Assembly (NCBI RefSeq): GCF_001194135.2
Contig: NC_068981.1
Coordinates: forward strand, 120,364,108 to 120,428,107
Reading direction: 5' to 3'
DNA length: 64,000 nucleotides
DNA from: Octopus bimaculoides
Taxonomy: Eukaryota
The notes under the pieces are model-generated. The model made no database searches. It was not told the DNA's origin and saw only the letters and a list, made by a program, of their open reading frames with translations. Below, piece after piece: positions 62,771-64,000 of this stretch (position 1 is the stretch's first letter; each line of letters opens with the position of its first letter). The translations under genes and the position numbers were made by a program.

Positions 62771-63782
62771 GTATGCAGAACTTATATGGCCACATGATAT
62801 GTATAAAGATTAAAAAAAAAGCACCGAGTACATTGTGTAAAGTGGTAGGCATTAGGAAGGGCATCCAGCTGGATGGACGGACAGATGGGCTGACTGATGC
62901 CTGCCTGCCTGCCTGCCTGCCTGCCTATCTATTTGTACATATGTATATGAATGAAGACAGTGGCATCAAGAGGTGCTGATCTCTAATTGTAGAGGAAATA
63001 TGTGGAAGGAGTAGACCCACAAAGATATGGGACAAAATGGTGAGAAAGGATCTACAAACATTGGGACTCACAGAGGGGATGCTGTGTTGGAAAAGACATA
63101 TCAAGCTAAGTAAAAGCGTGGTTGCCCTTGCAAACCTCTGCAGCTAAGCACCCCTAATTTTGTGGGCTTGTAAGTGCCTGGTGCCATGTAAAAAGCACCC
63201 ATATTAGTACTGTGTAAAAGCACCCAGTACATTCTGTAAAGTGGTTGGCATTAAGAAGGGCATCCAGCTGTAGAAACCATTCCAAAACAGATATGGAGTC
63301 TGAACAGCCCTTCAGCTGGCCAGCTCCTATTAAACTGTCCAACCCATGCCAGCATGGAAAATGGACATTAAATGATGATGAACAGTATATCTGATTTCCT
63401 TTAATTATTCAAAAATATTATATACTGAACATATTTACACATACACATACAGAGGTGTAGCCAGGTGCTAAAGTTAGTGGGTGTGAGGACGTAAAAAAAA
63501 AAGTGCTGTGACATATACCAAACGATTTTTAACTCATTTCTCTCATATTACATAAAACAATTCATTGTAATATATGTAATTGTATTCTACATTCATTAAT
63601 TTCATGTCTCAGTAACAACGCAAAATAATCAAAAATAGAAAAAGACTATTAATCTGGGGAGCAATTTTCACTTACAAACTATGTAAGGGGACTTTAATGA
63701 ATGTGACACTGAACATTTATAAAATGCATGCATGCATTCTTTAAATGAAAATATGTACACAACAGCTCAACCACATATTTAC

Positions 63783-63992
63783 AAACCTTGGGAACTCAAA
63801 AAGTCATACTGTTTTGTTAGCAACCAGTTTGAATTTCATTAAGAACTTAAATCTCAAGAAAATAATACATGCATGCATGTATGTATGTGTATATGTATGT
63901 ATGTATGTATGTTTTTCTTGAGATTTAAGTTCTTAATGAAGTTCAACCTGGTTGCTAAGAAAATTGTATAACTTTTTTAGTTCCCAGGGTTT
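63783..63992. repeat. Fold-back element with ~85-bp imperfect inverted arms around a (TATG)n spacer
   Basis: aaaccttgggaact...ttcattaagaacttaaatctcaagaaaa mirrored by ttttcttgagatttaagttcttaatgaa...agttcccagggttt. Confidence 0.8.
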
Positions 63993-64000
63993 ATAAAAAA

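Noticed and set aside
346-63342. Numerous short ORFs rich in YI, CV, HT or SL dipeptides, or starting at TTG/GTG
   Set aside because: Translations of microsatellites and SINEs with no recognisable domain.
59785-64000. Search for the next upstream MLH1 exon (human exon 7 equivalent, about 43 nt)
   Set aside because: No convincing match with splice sites found; it probably lies beyond the window.
1-64000. CRISPR arrays, rRNA genes or prokaryotic systems
   Set aside because: No regularly spaced repeat-spacer units or rRNA-like sequence; the DNA is clearly intron-rich animal genome.

Overview
AT-rich, repeat-dense eukaryotic genomic DNA with many N gaps. The SINE/RTE repeat landscape and (AT)n/(GT)n/(CAT)n microsatellites point to an octopus (coleoid cephalopod) draft assembly; the species is an inference. 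The only host gene I can support is the 3' two-thirds of MLH1 on the minus strand: 12 GT-AG exons from 59784 to the stop at 20633. They give 1542 nt (513 aa plus stop) in one continuous frame ending in the conserved FERC motif. The 5' exons lie beyond the right edge. The rest is transposon debris: a Helitron 3' end with PIF1 helicase, mariner/Tc1/pogo remnants, a Chapaev3-like element with both termini, RTE LINE copies, a Penelope-like RT/GIY-YIG element, several SINE families and MITEs. The most notable non-annotated signals are three unrelated hammerhead-ribozyme-like motifs (4464-4512 minus, 6937-6990 plus, 14075-14144 plus) and a recurring set of fold-back inverted repeats. One of these fold-backs pairs a hammerhead with an antisense copy lacking the catalytic core. 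All alignments were done by eye, and repeat boundaries are approximate unless termini are quoted.
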